A stretch of 64,000 nt of DNA, from the NCBI GenBank assembly GCA_044222475.1, contig JBGANF010000010.1, forward strand, positions 32,001 to 96,000, given 5' to 3'. The notes beneath the pieces are model-generated. The model made no database searches and was not told where the DNA came from. It saw only the letters and a list, made by a program, of their open reading frames with translations. Below are positions 19,838 to 28,912 of this stretch, in pieces (the first letter of the stretch is position 1; each line of letters starts with the position of its first letter). Source of the stretch: Polyangiaceae bacterium (lineage in GTDB: Bacteria > Myxococcota_A > Polyangia > Polyangiales > Polyangiaceae). Made by a program: the position numbers and the translations under genes.

Positions 19838-20944
19838 CTATTTCACGAAATGCATGACCAGCACCGCCAGCCCGATCCCGACCACGAGAAACGCGACGGC
19901 CACCCCCACGAGCAGCGGCGTCCCCGAGCGGCGCGCCGGAGGCACCGCGGTCTTCGCCTCGTCGTCGCTCGTCTTCTCGAGCGCAGCGACCGACGACGGA
20001 GCCGACGGCGTCGGATCCGGCGCGGACGCGGGCGGGCGCGGCGTGAGCGGCGGCGGCATCACGTTCTTGCCCTCGAGCACCGCGCCGAGCGCTGCCCCGA
20101 ACTCGCTCACCGAGCCGAAGCGATCCTCGGGCTTCTTCGACAGCGCCTTGTCGATGATCTGATCGAGCAACGGCGGGAACGTCTTCCCCGCCACGCGCTG
20201 CGACAGCGGGATCGGCTTCGTCGACACGTGGAACGCGAGGAAATCCATCGCCGACTTCGCCTCGAACGGGAGCTTCCCGGTGAGGACCTCGTAGAGGATG
20301 ACGGCGAGCGAGTACTGATCGCTCGACGGGTCCAACGTCTTTCCCTGAGCTTGCTCGGGGCTCATGAACTCCGGCGTGCCGAAGACCATGCCCTCTTGCG
20401 TGAGGATGACCGACCCGGGGCGCATCTCGCGCTCGGTGACCTTCGCCAACCCGAAGTCGAGAACCTTCGGGAAGTCCTTCATGCCGCCGGTCTGGCAGAG
20501 GAAGATGTTCTCCGGCTTCAGATCGCGGTGCACGATCCCGAGCCGATGCGCCTCTTCGAGCGCGCCGCACACCTGAACCATCACCGGGAGCGCGCGCTGA
20601 ATCGGGAACGGCCCCTCGGCCCGGACCGTTTGGTTCAGGTTCTTGCCTTCGAGAAACTCCATCACGATGTACAGCGATCCGTCGTCGAGCTCGCCGTACA
20701 GGAACACCTTCACCGTGTTCGGGTGCGTCAGGTGGCTCATCGCCCGCGCTTCGCGGCGGAATCGCGACGCGAGGTCCTTGCGGTTCGTGAGCTTCGGGTG
20801 GAGGATCTTGACCCCCACCATCCGGTTCATCTCGGGTTGGAGCGCCTTGTAGACCGCGCCCATCCCACCGGATCCGATCTTTTGGAGGATCTGGAATTGG
20901 CCGTTAAGAATGTCACGACCGATGAACGGATCCGCCTGCGCCAT
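19838..20944 (-). CDS. Hanks-type Ser/Thr protein kinase with C-terminal TM
   Basis: GSGGMGAVY, HRDLKPEN, DFG and GTPEFMSPEQ. Confidence 0.95.
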   Translation of the reverse strand: MAQADPFIGRDILNGQFQILQKIGSGGMGAVYKALQPEMNRMVGVKILHPKLTNRKDLASRFRREARAMSHLTHPNTVKVFLYGELDDGSLYIVMEFLEGKNLNQTVRAEGPFPIQRALPVMVQVCGALEEAHRLGIVHRDLKPENIFLCQTGGMKDFPKVLDFGLAKVTEREMRPGSVILTQEGMVFGTPEFMSPEQAQGKTLDPSSDQYSLAVILYEVLTGKLPFEAKSAMDFLAFHVSTKPIPLSQRVAGKTFPPLLDQIIDKALSKKPEDRFGSVSEFGAALGAVLEGKNVMPPPLTPRPPASAPDPTPSAPSSVAALEKTSDDEAKTAVPPARRSGTPLLVGVAVAFLVVGIGLAVLVMHFVK

Positions 20945-20984
20945 CGCGAACGACAGTAGGTATCACAATCTCAGGATCAAGTGC

Positions 20985-21704
20985 ATGCCCCTCCCCGTCG
21001 CCATCGAGTCCTCGCGCCTCCGCGCACTCGGATTTCGTCATGGTTTCGCGACCCGCGCGCTCGATTTCTCGGCGCGCCTGACACCCGAGGAGCGCGCGGA
21101 GCACGCGCAGACGTTGGCGCTCCTGCTGCGCTACGAACCGAGTCGACTCTTCCAGGTGTCCCAGGTGCACGGCGGCACCGCCCTTCTCGCCGAGGGGGCT
21201 CCGTCGGCGTTCGCCGCGCGCGAAGCCGACGCGCTCGTCGCGACGACGCGCGACGACGCCGTCGGCGTTCGCGTCGCCGATTGCGTCCCGGTGCTCCTCG
21301 CCGATCCGGAGAGCGGCGCCGTGGCAGCCGTCCACGCGGGATGGCGCGGCATCGTGGCCGGCATCAGCGAGTCGGCCATCGCGCTCGCGAGCGAGCGCGG
21401 CGCTCGATTCCGCGTCGGTGCGATCGGTCCGTGCATCGGCGCGTGCTGCTTCGAGGTCGGTCACGACGTCGCCGCGAAGATCGCCGAAGCCACCGGCGCC
21501 GACGTCGTCGACCGAACGACCGACGCGAAGGCGTGGGTGAATCTGCGCCGCGCCGTTCGCGCGACGCTCGTCCGCGCCGGCGTCACCGAGATCGAAGACG
21601 TCGGTGGCTGCACCAAGTGCTCGTCGGAGATCTACTTCTCGCACCGCCGTGACGGCGAGCTCGCGGGTCGCCACCTAGCGGTGATCGCCGCTGGCCGTCG
21701 CTGA
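20985..21704 (+). CDS. pgeF: YfiH/PgeF family polyphenol-oxidase-domain protein
   Basis: RHGFATR, QVHG, ADCVPVL, HAGWRG, GPCIGACCFEV and YFSHRR. Confidence 0.9.
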   Translation: MPLPVAIESSRLRALGFRHGFATRALDFSARLTPEERAEHAQTLALLLRYEPSRLFQVSQVHGGTALLAEGAPSAFAAREADALVATTRDDAVGVRVADCVPVLLADPESGAVAAVHAGWRGIVAGISESAIALASERGARFRVGAIGPCIGACCFEVGHDVAAKIAEATGADVVDRTTDAKAWVNLRRAVRATLVRAGVTEIEDVGGCTKCSSEIYFSHRRDGELAGRHLAVIAAGRR

Positions 21705-21707
21705 CGT

Positions 21708-22391
21708 TCAGCTGGTCTTCGGCGCGCCGGCCTGGCGCTTGAAGCCGTCGAGGATGAGATCGAGCCCGAACTCGAAGATCGCGTCGAAGTGGGCCGGCGA
21801 CAGGAGCGCCCCGACCTTGGCCAGCCGCGGCACGGCCGCTTCCGCCTCGGCCTCGGTTCCTTGCGCCGTCTCGGCGTGACGCGCGGCGTAGTTCGTCCCC
21901 GCGATCTCGTCGAGCGCGGTCCCGCTGGTGAAGTTGCCGACGGTTCGAAAGAGCTGCACCGCGAGCTTGGGCTCGAAGCCTTCGTCGAGCAGCGCGCCGA
22001 AGAGCGCGTCGAGCAGCGCTTTGGTCGCGTCCGTGTCGAAGCGGCGCATCGCGACGAGCGGGAACGCGTTCGGGTGGATGCGCGCGAGCGCGCGGTAGGA
22101 GCGAGCGAAGCCGCGCACGCGCTCGACCCAACCGGGTCCGGCGGGGGGCACCTCGACCTTGCGCATGATGCGATCGACCACCGCGTCGAGGAGGACGTCC
22201 TTGCTCGCGAAGTGGTTGTAGATCGCCATCGCCTCGCAGCCGAGCGCGCGCCCGATCTGCCGAGTGCTGAGCTCTTCGAGACCGTGCGCGTCGATGAGCG
22301 ACAACGCGGTCGCGGCGATTCGATCGCGCGAGAGGGGCTCGCGCCGCTTGCGCTCTTTCTTTTCGACCTTGGGGGTGACCTTGCGCCGCAT
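21708..22391 (-). CDS. TetR-family regulator with TetR_C domain
   Basis: LSRDRIAATAL...LSTRQIGRALGCEAMAIYNHFASK and FEFGLDLILDG. Confidence 0.9.
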   Translation of the reverse strand: MRRKVTPKVEKKERKRREPLSRDRIAATALSLIDAHGLEELSTRQIGRALGCEAMAIYNHFASKDVLLDAVVDRIMRKVEVPPAGPGWVERVRGFARSYRALARIHPNAFPLVAMRRFDTDATKALLDALFGALLDEGFEPKLAVQLFRTVGNFTSGTALDEIAGTNYAARHAETAQGTEAEAEAAVPRLAKVGALLSPAHFDAIFEFGLDLILDGFKRQAGAPKTS

Positions 22392-22755
22392 GTTTCGAGG
22401 GCGGAAGACTAGACCGGCGCCGGGGCGAAACGGAACCCCGACGTGTACGCCCGCGCGACGTTGGAGTTTCATCTAGAAATATCGGGCTCTTGTGGGCGCT
22501 GGACACCGATGTATTTACGTTGTAAGCTGCTGCCCGATGATGGGAACGACGCCGAACGTCCCGGTTTCCGGGACGACCCGAGCCCTCGCGACGCCGGCAA
22601 TTGCCGAGGTGCCGACGCCTGCGCGGCACCCGCTGCCGCGTTCGTACTCGAGCGAAGCCGACCGAACCCTGGTCGAGCGCCTTACGACGTTTTTCCAGCC
22701 GCCCAGCGACGTCCTCTGATCCCTCGAACGCGCGCATGTGACTAGGATGGCGGCG

Positions 22756-23193
22756 ATGATGGAGATCGCGCAGCTGACCCAGCTCATGGAGGAGTTCATC
22801 CCCTTCAATCGCCACCTCGGGATCAAGGTCACCGGCTGCGAGCCGGGGCGCGCGCACCTGACCCTTCCGTTCAAGGACCACTTCATCGGCGATCCGCTCC
22901 GGCCCGCGCTGCACGGCGGCGTGCTCAGCACCATGGTCGACGTGTCCGGCGGCCTCGCCGTCTGGACGAACCTCCTCGACCCGCGCGGGCGCGTGTCGAC
23001 GATCGATCTCCGCATCGACTACCTGCGTCCGGCGCGACTCGAGACCGTCGACGCCGTCGCGGTCGTCGTGCGTCAGGGCAACCGCGTCGCCGTCGTCGAC
23101 GTCCGGCTCTTCCACCCCCAGCGATCCGAGGAGACGATCGCCACCGGGAAGTGCGTCTACAACGTCACGATCGTCAAAGACAAGAAGGCCTGA
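22756..23193 (+). CDS. PaaI/hotdog-fold thioesterase
   Basis: IPFNRHLG, LHGGVLSTMVD and STIDLRIDYLRP. Confidence 0.9.
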   Translation: MMEIAQLTQLMEEFIPFNRHLGIKVTGCEPGRAHLTLPFKDHFIGDPLRPALHGGVLSTMVDVSGGLAVWTNLLDPRGRVSTIDLRIDYLRPARLETVDAVAVVVRQGNRVAVVDVRLFHPQRSEETIATGKCVYNVTIVKDKKA

Positions 23194-23250
23194 CCGCGTC
23201 ACCGCCGACGCGCCTGCCCCGAAAAACCCGGTGTCGGCTCACTCGAGCCA

Positions 23251-23266
23251 TGGCATGCGGCGTGCT
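23251..23266 (+). promoter_or_regulatory. Sigma54 -24/-12 promoter
   Basis: TGGCAT-GCGGC-GTGCT, followed by AGGAGG SD and ATG 23290. Confidence 0.65.
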
Positions 23267-23289
23267 CTAGCTCCTCCCAGGAGGCGCTC

Positions 23290-23658
23290 ATGTCGCTCAA
23301 GTTCTTCTTCGCTCTTCTTTCGGCAGGTGCGATCGCGGTCTCGGCGTGCGCGAGCACGTCGAGCAGCGAGTGCACCACCGGCTCCGCGTGTGGCGCGTGC
23401 AGCACGGCTGGTTCTTGCGATCGTCAGTGCATCGGGGGAGGATGCTCCTTTCAATGCACGAGCGCTGGGAGCTGCAATTTCGCCTGTCCGGACGGGAAAT
23501 GCACGGTGACGGCGACCGGTCCGGGATCGGTGAACCTCTCGTGCGCGGGCGGGGGCTGCACGATCGACTGCCGGGGCACCGGGAGCTGCAACATCCTCGA
23601 CTGCGCGGGCGGTGGCTGCACGTGCAACCGAACCGGAACCGGATCGTGCAATCCCTGA
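23290..23658 (+). CDS. Cys-rich repeat lipoprotein
   Basis: Lipobox VSAC; 18 further Cys in regular C-x3-C-x4/5 spacing; strong SD. Confidence 0.85.
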   Translation: MSLKFFFALLSAGAIAVSACASTSSSECTTGSACGACSTAGSCDRQCIGGGCSFQCTSAGSCNFACPDGKCTVTATGPGSVNLSCAGGGCTIDCRGTGSCNILDCAGGGCTCNRTGTGSCNP

Positions 23659-24092
23659 CGCGAGTCCTCGCCACGCTGGTGCTCGCCGCGACGGCAGGCT
23701 GCGCGTACGACTGGTCCGTCGGCGAAGGCGACGCGAGCGCTCCCCCCGGAAACGACGGCGGCGGCGGCTGCGGCAACTGCGCCGCGAGCTGCACGAGCGG
23801 CAAGTGCACGCCCGTGTGCGAGAGCAACACCTGCAAGCTCGGGTGCAGCGTGACGACGTGCAGCGGAACCTGCGCCGCGGGGCAGTCGTGCAACCTCGGC
23901 TGTTCGGCGAGCACGTGCAATCTCACGTGCCAAACTGGGTCCAGCTGCGACGTCGCGTGCTCGGCCAGCACGTGTCACGTGACCTGCGCCGCCGGAGCGA
24001 CGTGCAGGGTCTCTTGCCCGGTATCGGCGACGTGCACGATGGATTGCCCCGCCGGGGCGACGTGCTCCTGTACCGGCGCGGGGTGCCCGTGA
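23646..24092 (+). CDS. Cys-rich repeat lipoprotein
   Basis: GTG start, lipobox TAGC and 24 further Cys in C-x3-C-x4/5 repeats. Confidence 0.8.
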   Translation: MQSLTRVLATLVLAATAGCAYDWSVGEGDASAPPGNDGGGGCGNCAASCTSGKCTPVCESNTCKLGCSVTTCSGTCAAGQSCNLGCSASTCNLTCQTGSSCDVACSASTCHVTCAAGATCRVSCPVSATCTMDCPAGATCSCTGAGCP

Positions 24093-25081
24093 GACGCGCA
24101 CGGTGGGCGTTCGTCGTCGCGCTCCTCGCCGCCACCGCGACGTCGGTCGCCTCGGCCGAGACGGCGAAGGAGGCCTACGAAGAGGGCACCAAGGCCCACA
24201 AAGCCGGCGACTTCGCCCGCGCCGCCGCTGCATTCGCCCGCGCCGACTCCCTTTCGCCGAACGACGTCGCGCTCAAGGCTGCACTCGACGCAGCCGTGAA
24301 GGCCGACGATCCCATCCTCGGCGCGGAGCTCCTCGATCGCGCGCGATCGCGGACCCTCGGCGCGGCTGCGCAAGCGAGCGTCACCGCAGCCACCGCGAAG
24401 CTCGCCCACCGGACCGGGTTCATCCGGGTCGTCTGCGCGGCACGGTGCTCGGTCACGATCGACGGGAAAGACGCGACGCCCGCCGCCGACGTTCGTACCA
24501 CATTGGGACCACATGCCGTCGTCGCGCGTTTCGATGGCGCGCAGGAGTCGAGCTCGAGCGTCGTCGTCGTCGCCGACCAGACGTCGCTCGTCCAAGCGGC
24601 GCCCCCCGCACCGCCCCCGCCAGCCACGACGACACCGCCACCGCCGACGACGGTCGCCCCCCCGGCGCCGACGTTCTACGCGCCAGCGCCGCCGCCGGAT
24701 GGCTTCCAACCGCCGCCGCCCGACACCGACCAGCAGCGCGGCGGCGGCGGCATCCACCCGGCGCTCTTCTTCGTCGGCCTCGGTCTCACCGTCGCCACCG
24801 GCGCGACGACGCTCGGCTTGGGCCTCTGGACGGCGTCGATTCACTCCGACTTCGGCGATCGAGGCTGCGCGACCGCCGCGTACGCCGGCTGCAATGGGCT
24901 CGCCAGCGAGGGCAAGGGCGCACAGCTCGCGACGAACGTCCTCGGCGGCGTGACCGGTGGGCTCGCGCTCACCACCATCATCATCGGGATCTTCACCCGA
25001 TGGCACAAGCCCACGCCAGTGTTCGTCACGCATCTGGGAGTTGGGGACGGTCTCGGGATCTCGGTCTCGGGACGCTTCTGA
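24089..25081 (+). CDS. Secreted TPR + PEGA-like protein
   Basis: Signal peptide (ASA-E), TPR helix pair, PEGA-like SVTIDGK, Pro-rich linker, hydrophobic hairpin and C-terminal ISVSGRF. Confidence 0.75.
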   Translation: MRRARWAFVVALLAATATSVASAETAKEAYEEGTKAHKAGDFARAAAAFARADSLSPNDVALKAALDAAVKADDPILGAELLDRARSRTLGAAAQASVTAATAKLAHRTGFIRVVCAARCSVTIDGKDATPAADVRTTLGPHAVVARFDGAQESSSSVVVVADQTSLVQAAPPAPPPPATTTPPPPTTVAPPAPTFYAPAPPPDGFQPPPPDTDQQRGGGGIHPALFFVGLGLTVATGATTLGLGLWTASIHSDFGDRGCATAAYAGCNGLASEGKGAQLATNVLGGVTGGLALTTIIIGIFTRWHKPTPVFVTHLGVGDGLGISVSGRF

Positions 25082-25108
25082 GCTAGACTGCGTTAGAGTG
25101 TGTGCGCG

Positions 25109-26662
25109 ATGACCGAGCGTCGGTACGAGCCGATCCTGAAGCTCGCCGCCGGCGGAATGGCGACGGTGTTCGTGGGTACCGCCCGCGGCGCCATGGGATT
25201 CCGTCAGCTCGTCGCGCTCAAGCAGCCGCACAAGCATCTGCTCGAGGATCCCCTGTACCGCAAGGAGCTCGTCGCCGAAGCGCGGCTCGCGTCGTTGATC
25301 CACCACGCGAACGTCGTCGACGTGCGCGACATCGAGATCGACGGCGACGAGATCACGCTCGTCATGGACTACATCGAGGGCGCGTCGCTCTCCGAGCTCC
25401 TCATGATCGGCCTGCGCGGCGGCCCGCGGGTACCGCCGGCGGTCGCGATTCGGATCATCCTCGACGCGTGCGCCGGTCTTCACGCCGCCCACGACATCGT
25501 CGACGAGAAGGGGCGCGCCGTGGGCCTGGTCCATCGCGACGTGTCGCCGCAGAACATCCTCATCGGGCTCGACGGCACCGCGCGCGTCTCGGACTTCGGC
25601 GTCGCGAAGCTCACCAGCGGTCAGTCGACCGCCCACGGAACGCTCAAGGGAAAGCTCGCGTACATGGCGCCCGAGTATCTCCGGAACGAGCGCGTCGACC
25701 GCCGCCTCGACGTGTTCGCTCTCGGCGTCGTCCTCTGGGAGGCGCTCGCTTACGATCGACTCTTCCGTGGGCAGCACGACGCCGACACGCTGCGAAAGGT
25801 GCTCGAGCATCGGGCGCCGCGGCTGTCCGAGGTGGCCCCGGAGCTCGGCACCGAGCTCGACTCGGTCGTCGAGACCGCGCTCGCCAAGGATCGCGATGCG
25901 CGCTTCCAGAGCGCGCTCGCCTTCGCTACCGCGCTCGAGGCGAGCGCGCGTCGAGCGGGTCTCGTCGCGTCCCACGCCGAGGTCGCCGAGGTCGTCCGGT
26001 CGATGATGGGAGCGCCGATCGAAGAGCGACGCCAGGCGATCCGCAAGAAGATGGCCGAAGAGCCGTCGCTCCTCAGCTTCATGAAGAGCGATGCGCCGCC
26101 CGAGGTCGCCGCGCTCAATCGGCCGAACCCCGATCTCATCGCCACCGTGGCACCGGCGACCAAGCCGACGATGGACACGCTGCCGATCGACCAGCCGACC
26201 CCGCCACCGGCCGTCACGCTCCCGCTGGCTCAGCCCACCGGTTCGCGACCGGCGCTGGCGGCGTCCCAACCGTCGATCCCACCGCACGAAGAGCCGTCGC
26301 GGCCGTTCGATCCGATGTCGATCTCGCAGCTGCCTTCGACCCCGAAGCGCTCGCTCGCGGTTCCGGTGACCATCGTGATCGCGCTCGTGATCGTCCTCGG
26401 TGGCGTCGCGACCTGGACCGCGACGCGAAGCTCCGAGCCGTCACCCACGACGACGCCGAGCATCACGTCGACTCCGACGGTCGCGGCATCGGCGTCCTCG
26501 GCGGCGTCGACGGCATCGGCAAGCGCGGCCTCGAGCGCGCTCGCTCCGCTGACGACGAAACCGCTCCCACACGGAACGCACGCCGCACCGCACTCGAGCA
26601 CGACCGGCACGGTACCCCCCAAGCCGACCGGCACCGACGATCCGCCGCCGAACCCCTACTGA
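25109..26662 (+). CDS. Hanks-type Ser/Thr protein kinase with TM
   Basis: AAGGMATV, HRDVSPQN, DFG and GKLAYMAPE; ends PPPNPY. Confidence 0.95.
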   Translation: MTERRYEPILKLAAGGMATVFVGTARGAMGFRQLVALKQPHKHLLEDPLYRKELVAEARLASLIHHANVVDVRDIEIDGDEITLVMDYIEGASLSELLMIGLRGGPRVPPAVAIRIILDACAGLHAAHDIVDEKGRAVGLVHRDVSPQNILIGLDGTARVSDFGVAKLTSGQSTAHGTLKGKLAYMAPEYLRNERVDRRLDVFALGVVLWEALAYDRLFRGQHDADTLRKVLEHRAPRLSEVAPELGTELDSVVETALAKDRDARFQSALAFATALEASARRAGLVASHAEVAEVVRSMMGAPIEERRQAIRKKMAEEPSLLSFMKSDAPPEVAALNRPNPDLIATVAPATKPTMDTLPIDQPTPPPAVTLPLAQPTGSRPALAASQPSIPPHEEPSRPFDPMSISQLPSTPKRSLAVPVTIVIALVIVLGGVATWTATRSSEPSPTTTPSITSTPTVAASASSAASTASASAASSALAPLTTKPLPHGTHAAPHSSTTGTVPPKPTGTDDPPPNPY

Positions 26663-27396
26663 TCGACCGCGTCGGGCCCGAAGACCTCGACGTCGACGCC
26701 GGACGCGTAGTGGACCGTCTCCGGCATGCCGGTCACGCCACCGGGGACGCCGTCGGCGAGGACGAGCTCGTCGTGGACCGAGTGCACGACCGCGCGCTGG
26801 GCCGGATACGGCACGTGGTGCACGTGGCCGCGGAAGACCTGCCCCTTCTTCTCGAGGAAGAGGTAGTAGCGCTCGAGGAGGAAGTGCTCGAGTGTCCCAA
26901 CTTGGGACGGGCCGAGGAGCTCGCCGAGCGAGTACTCGACCTCGAACCGCGCGCCTCCCGACTTTCGCGCGGTCGCGTACTTGACGCGATCGCCGACCTT
27001 CTCCGAGCTCATCTCGGCGAAGTGGTACGGGAGGCCCCACACGAACCGCGCGACGCGCACCGCGAGCCACGAGCTCGCCTCGAGCGAGAGGAAGAACACC
27101 CCCGGCTTGCCGCGGTGGTGGACGTACGTGCGCACGTTGGTCTCGAGGAACTCGAGCCCGGCGCGCTTCGGCATCCACGCCGATCGGATGTCGTCCATCC
27201 GAAACGGGACCATGCCGACGTACGCCCGCCCGTCGTAGAGATCGAGCTCGAGCGACTTGGGCACGAGCGGGCGGATGACCTCGGGCGCGAACGTCCAGTG
27301 GAGGAAGAGGAGCTCGGTCCACTTCTGCGTGCCGGCGTTGTCTCCCTCGGGGCGCTTCGTCGGCGACACCCGGTCGAGGTCGAGGAACGGCCCCAT
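26656..27396 (-). CDS. YqjF/DUF2071 family protein
   Basis: QKWTELLFLHW, FLETNVRTYV, GVFFLSLEA and HFLLERY. Confidence 0.88.
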   Translation of the reverse strand: MGPFLDLDRVSPTKRPEGDNAGTQKWTELLFLHWTFAPEVIRPLVPKSLELDLYDGRAYVGMVPFRMDDIRSAWMPKRAGLEFLETNVRTYVHHRGKPGVFFLSLEASSWLAVRVARFVWGLPYHFAEMSSEKVGDRVKYATARKSGGARFEVEYSLGELLGPSQVGTLEHFLLERYYLFLEKKGQVFRGHVHHVPYPAQRAVVHSVHDELVLADGVPGGVTGMPETVHYASGVDVEVFGPDAVDQ

Positions 27397-27404
27397 TCGC
27401 TGAC

Positions 27405-28808
27405 TCAGGCCGGCGGAGCGACGCTGCCGCTCGCGCCGCTGCCCTTGGCGAGGAAGTCGATCAGGTCGATCTTGGCGATGATCCCGACGAGCTCGTCGCG
27501 CTCGGTCACCATGGCGACCTTCGCGTCGGCGAGGGCGGCCTGGAGGAGCTCGATCTTCGTGTCGGGCGTGACGGTGGCGTAGTCGCTCTCGGCGATCTCG
27601 CCGACGGGAGACTCGAGCGTCTTCTTGCCGCTCACGAGGTGACGGAGCAGGTCGACCTCGGCCACGATGCCGCGGAGCTTGCCGTCGTCGACGACCGGGA
27701 GCTGGCTGATCCCGCTCGACTTCAGGATGTCGATGGCCTCGCGCACCGTGGTCTTCACCTGCGCCGTGACGAGCTTGCCGCGGTAGCGCTTGCCGAGCAC
27801 GTCCTTGACGGTGCCGAGGCCCGGGTTCTCTTCGAGGAAGCCGTTCTCGCGCATCCAGTCGTCGTTGAAGATCTTCGACACGTACTTGTTGCCGCCGTCG
27901 GCGAGGAACACGAGGAGCTTCTGACCCTTCTTCTCGTTCTCCTTCGCCCACTTGATCGCGCCGGCGACGGCCGCGCCGCCGGAGCCGCCGACGAAGAGCC
28001 CCTCTTGGCGCGTGAGCTCGCGCGTCATGAGGAAGCACTCCTTGTCGTCGACGCGGACGATGTCGTCGAGGATCTTCAGGTTCATCGTCGTCGGGAAGAA
28101 GTCCTCGCCGATGCCTTCGACCTTGTACGAGAACGGCTTCGTGATCCGCTGCGTCTTGACGAAGTCGTAGTAGAGCGAGCCGACCGGATCGACGCCGACG
28201 ATCTTGATCGACGGCTTCTTCTCCTTGAGGAACTTCCCGGTGCCGCTCAGCGTGCCGCCGGTCCCCATGCCGGCGAGGAAGACGTCGAAGTCACCGTCGG
28301 TCTGGCGCCAGATCTCCGGCCCGGTGGAGACGTAGTGCGCCTCGGGGTTGGCCGGGTTGTGGTACTGGTTCGCGTAGAAGCAGTTCGGCGTCTCGACCGA
28401 CAAGCGCTTGGCGACCTGGTAGTAGCTGCGCGGGTCGTCGGCTTCGACGGCGGTGGGGCAGACGACGACCTTCGCGCCGAACGCGCGCAGGTTCGAGATC
28501 TTCTCCTGGCTCATCTTGTCGGGCATGACGAAGATGCACTTGTAGCCGCGCACCGCGGCGAGGAGAGCCAACGAGGCGCCGGTGTTTCCGCTCGTCGCCT
28601 CGACGATGGTGCCGCCCGGCTTGAGCCCGCCCTCTTCGGCGCGGCGAAGGAGGTTCGCCGCCAGGCGGTCCTTGTGGCTGCCGCCGGGGTTCAGGTACTC
28701 GCACTTGACGTAGATCTCGCAGTCGAGCCCGGCGGTCACCTTGTTCAGGCGGACGATGGGGGTGTTGCCGACGGCCTTGGTGATGTCCTCGATGGCGCCC
28801 TTCATCAT
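27405..28808 (-). CDS. cbs: Cystathionine beta-synthase (PLP domain + CBS pair)
   Basis: GNTPIVRL, EYLNPGGSHKDR, EATSGNTG, GMGTGGT, VEGIGEDF and C-terminal CBS domains. Confidence 0.92.
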   Translation of the reverse strand: MMKGAIEDITKAVGNTPIVRLNKVTAGLDCEIYVKCEYLNPGGSHKDRLAANLLRRAEEGGLKPGGTIVEATSGNTGASLALLAAVRGYKCIFVMPDKMSQEKISNLRAFGAKVVVCPTAVEADDPRSYYQVAKRLSVETPNCFYANQYHNPANPEAHYVSTGPEIWRQTDGDFDVFLAGMGTGGTLSGTGKFLKEKKPSIKIVGVDPVGSLYYDFVKTQRITKPFSYKVEGIGEDFFPTTMNLKILDDIVRVDDKECFLMTRELTRQEGLFVGGSGGAAVAGAIKWAKENEKKGQKLLVFLADGGNKYVSKIFNDDWMRENGFLEENPGLGTVKDVLGKRYRGKLVTAQVKTTVREAIDILKSSGISQLPVVDDGKLRGIVAEVDLLRHLVSGKKTLESPVGEIAESDYATVTPDTKIELLQAALADAKVAMVTERDELVGIIAKIDLIDFLAKGSGASGSVAPPA

Positions 28809-28912
28809 GGTCTGGCCCAGATAGCCCATTCCCGTGCGGGCGGGAACTGGCGCATGTATTTGCGTAGCGTCGGCAAATAGATGTGGTAGGAACAGCGCCT
28901 CCGGAGGGCGCC

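Noticed and set aside
28848..28863. Sigma54-like TGGCGC...TTTGC upstream of the lipase
   Set aside because: Spacing is GG-N11-GC rather than the required N10.
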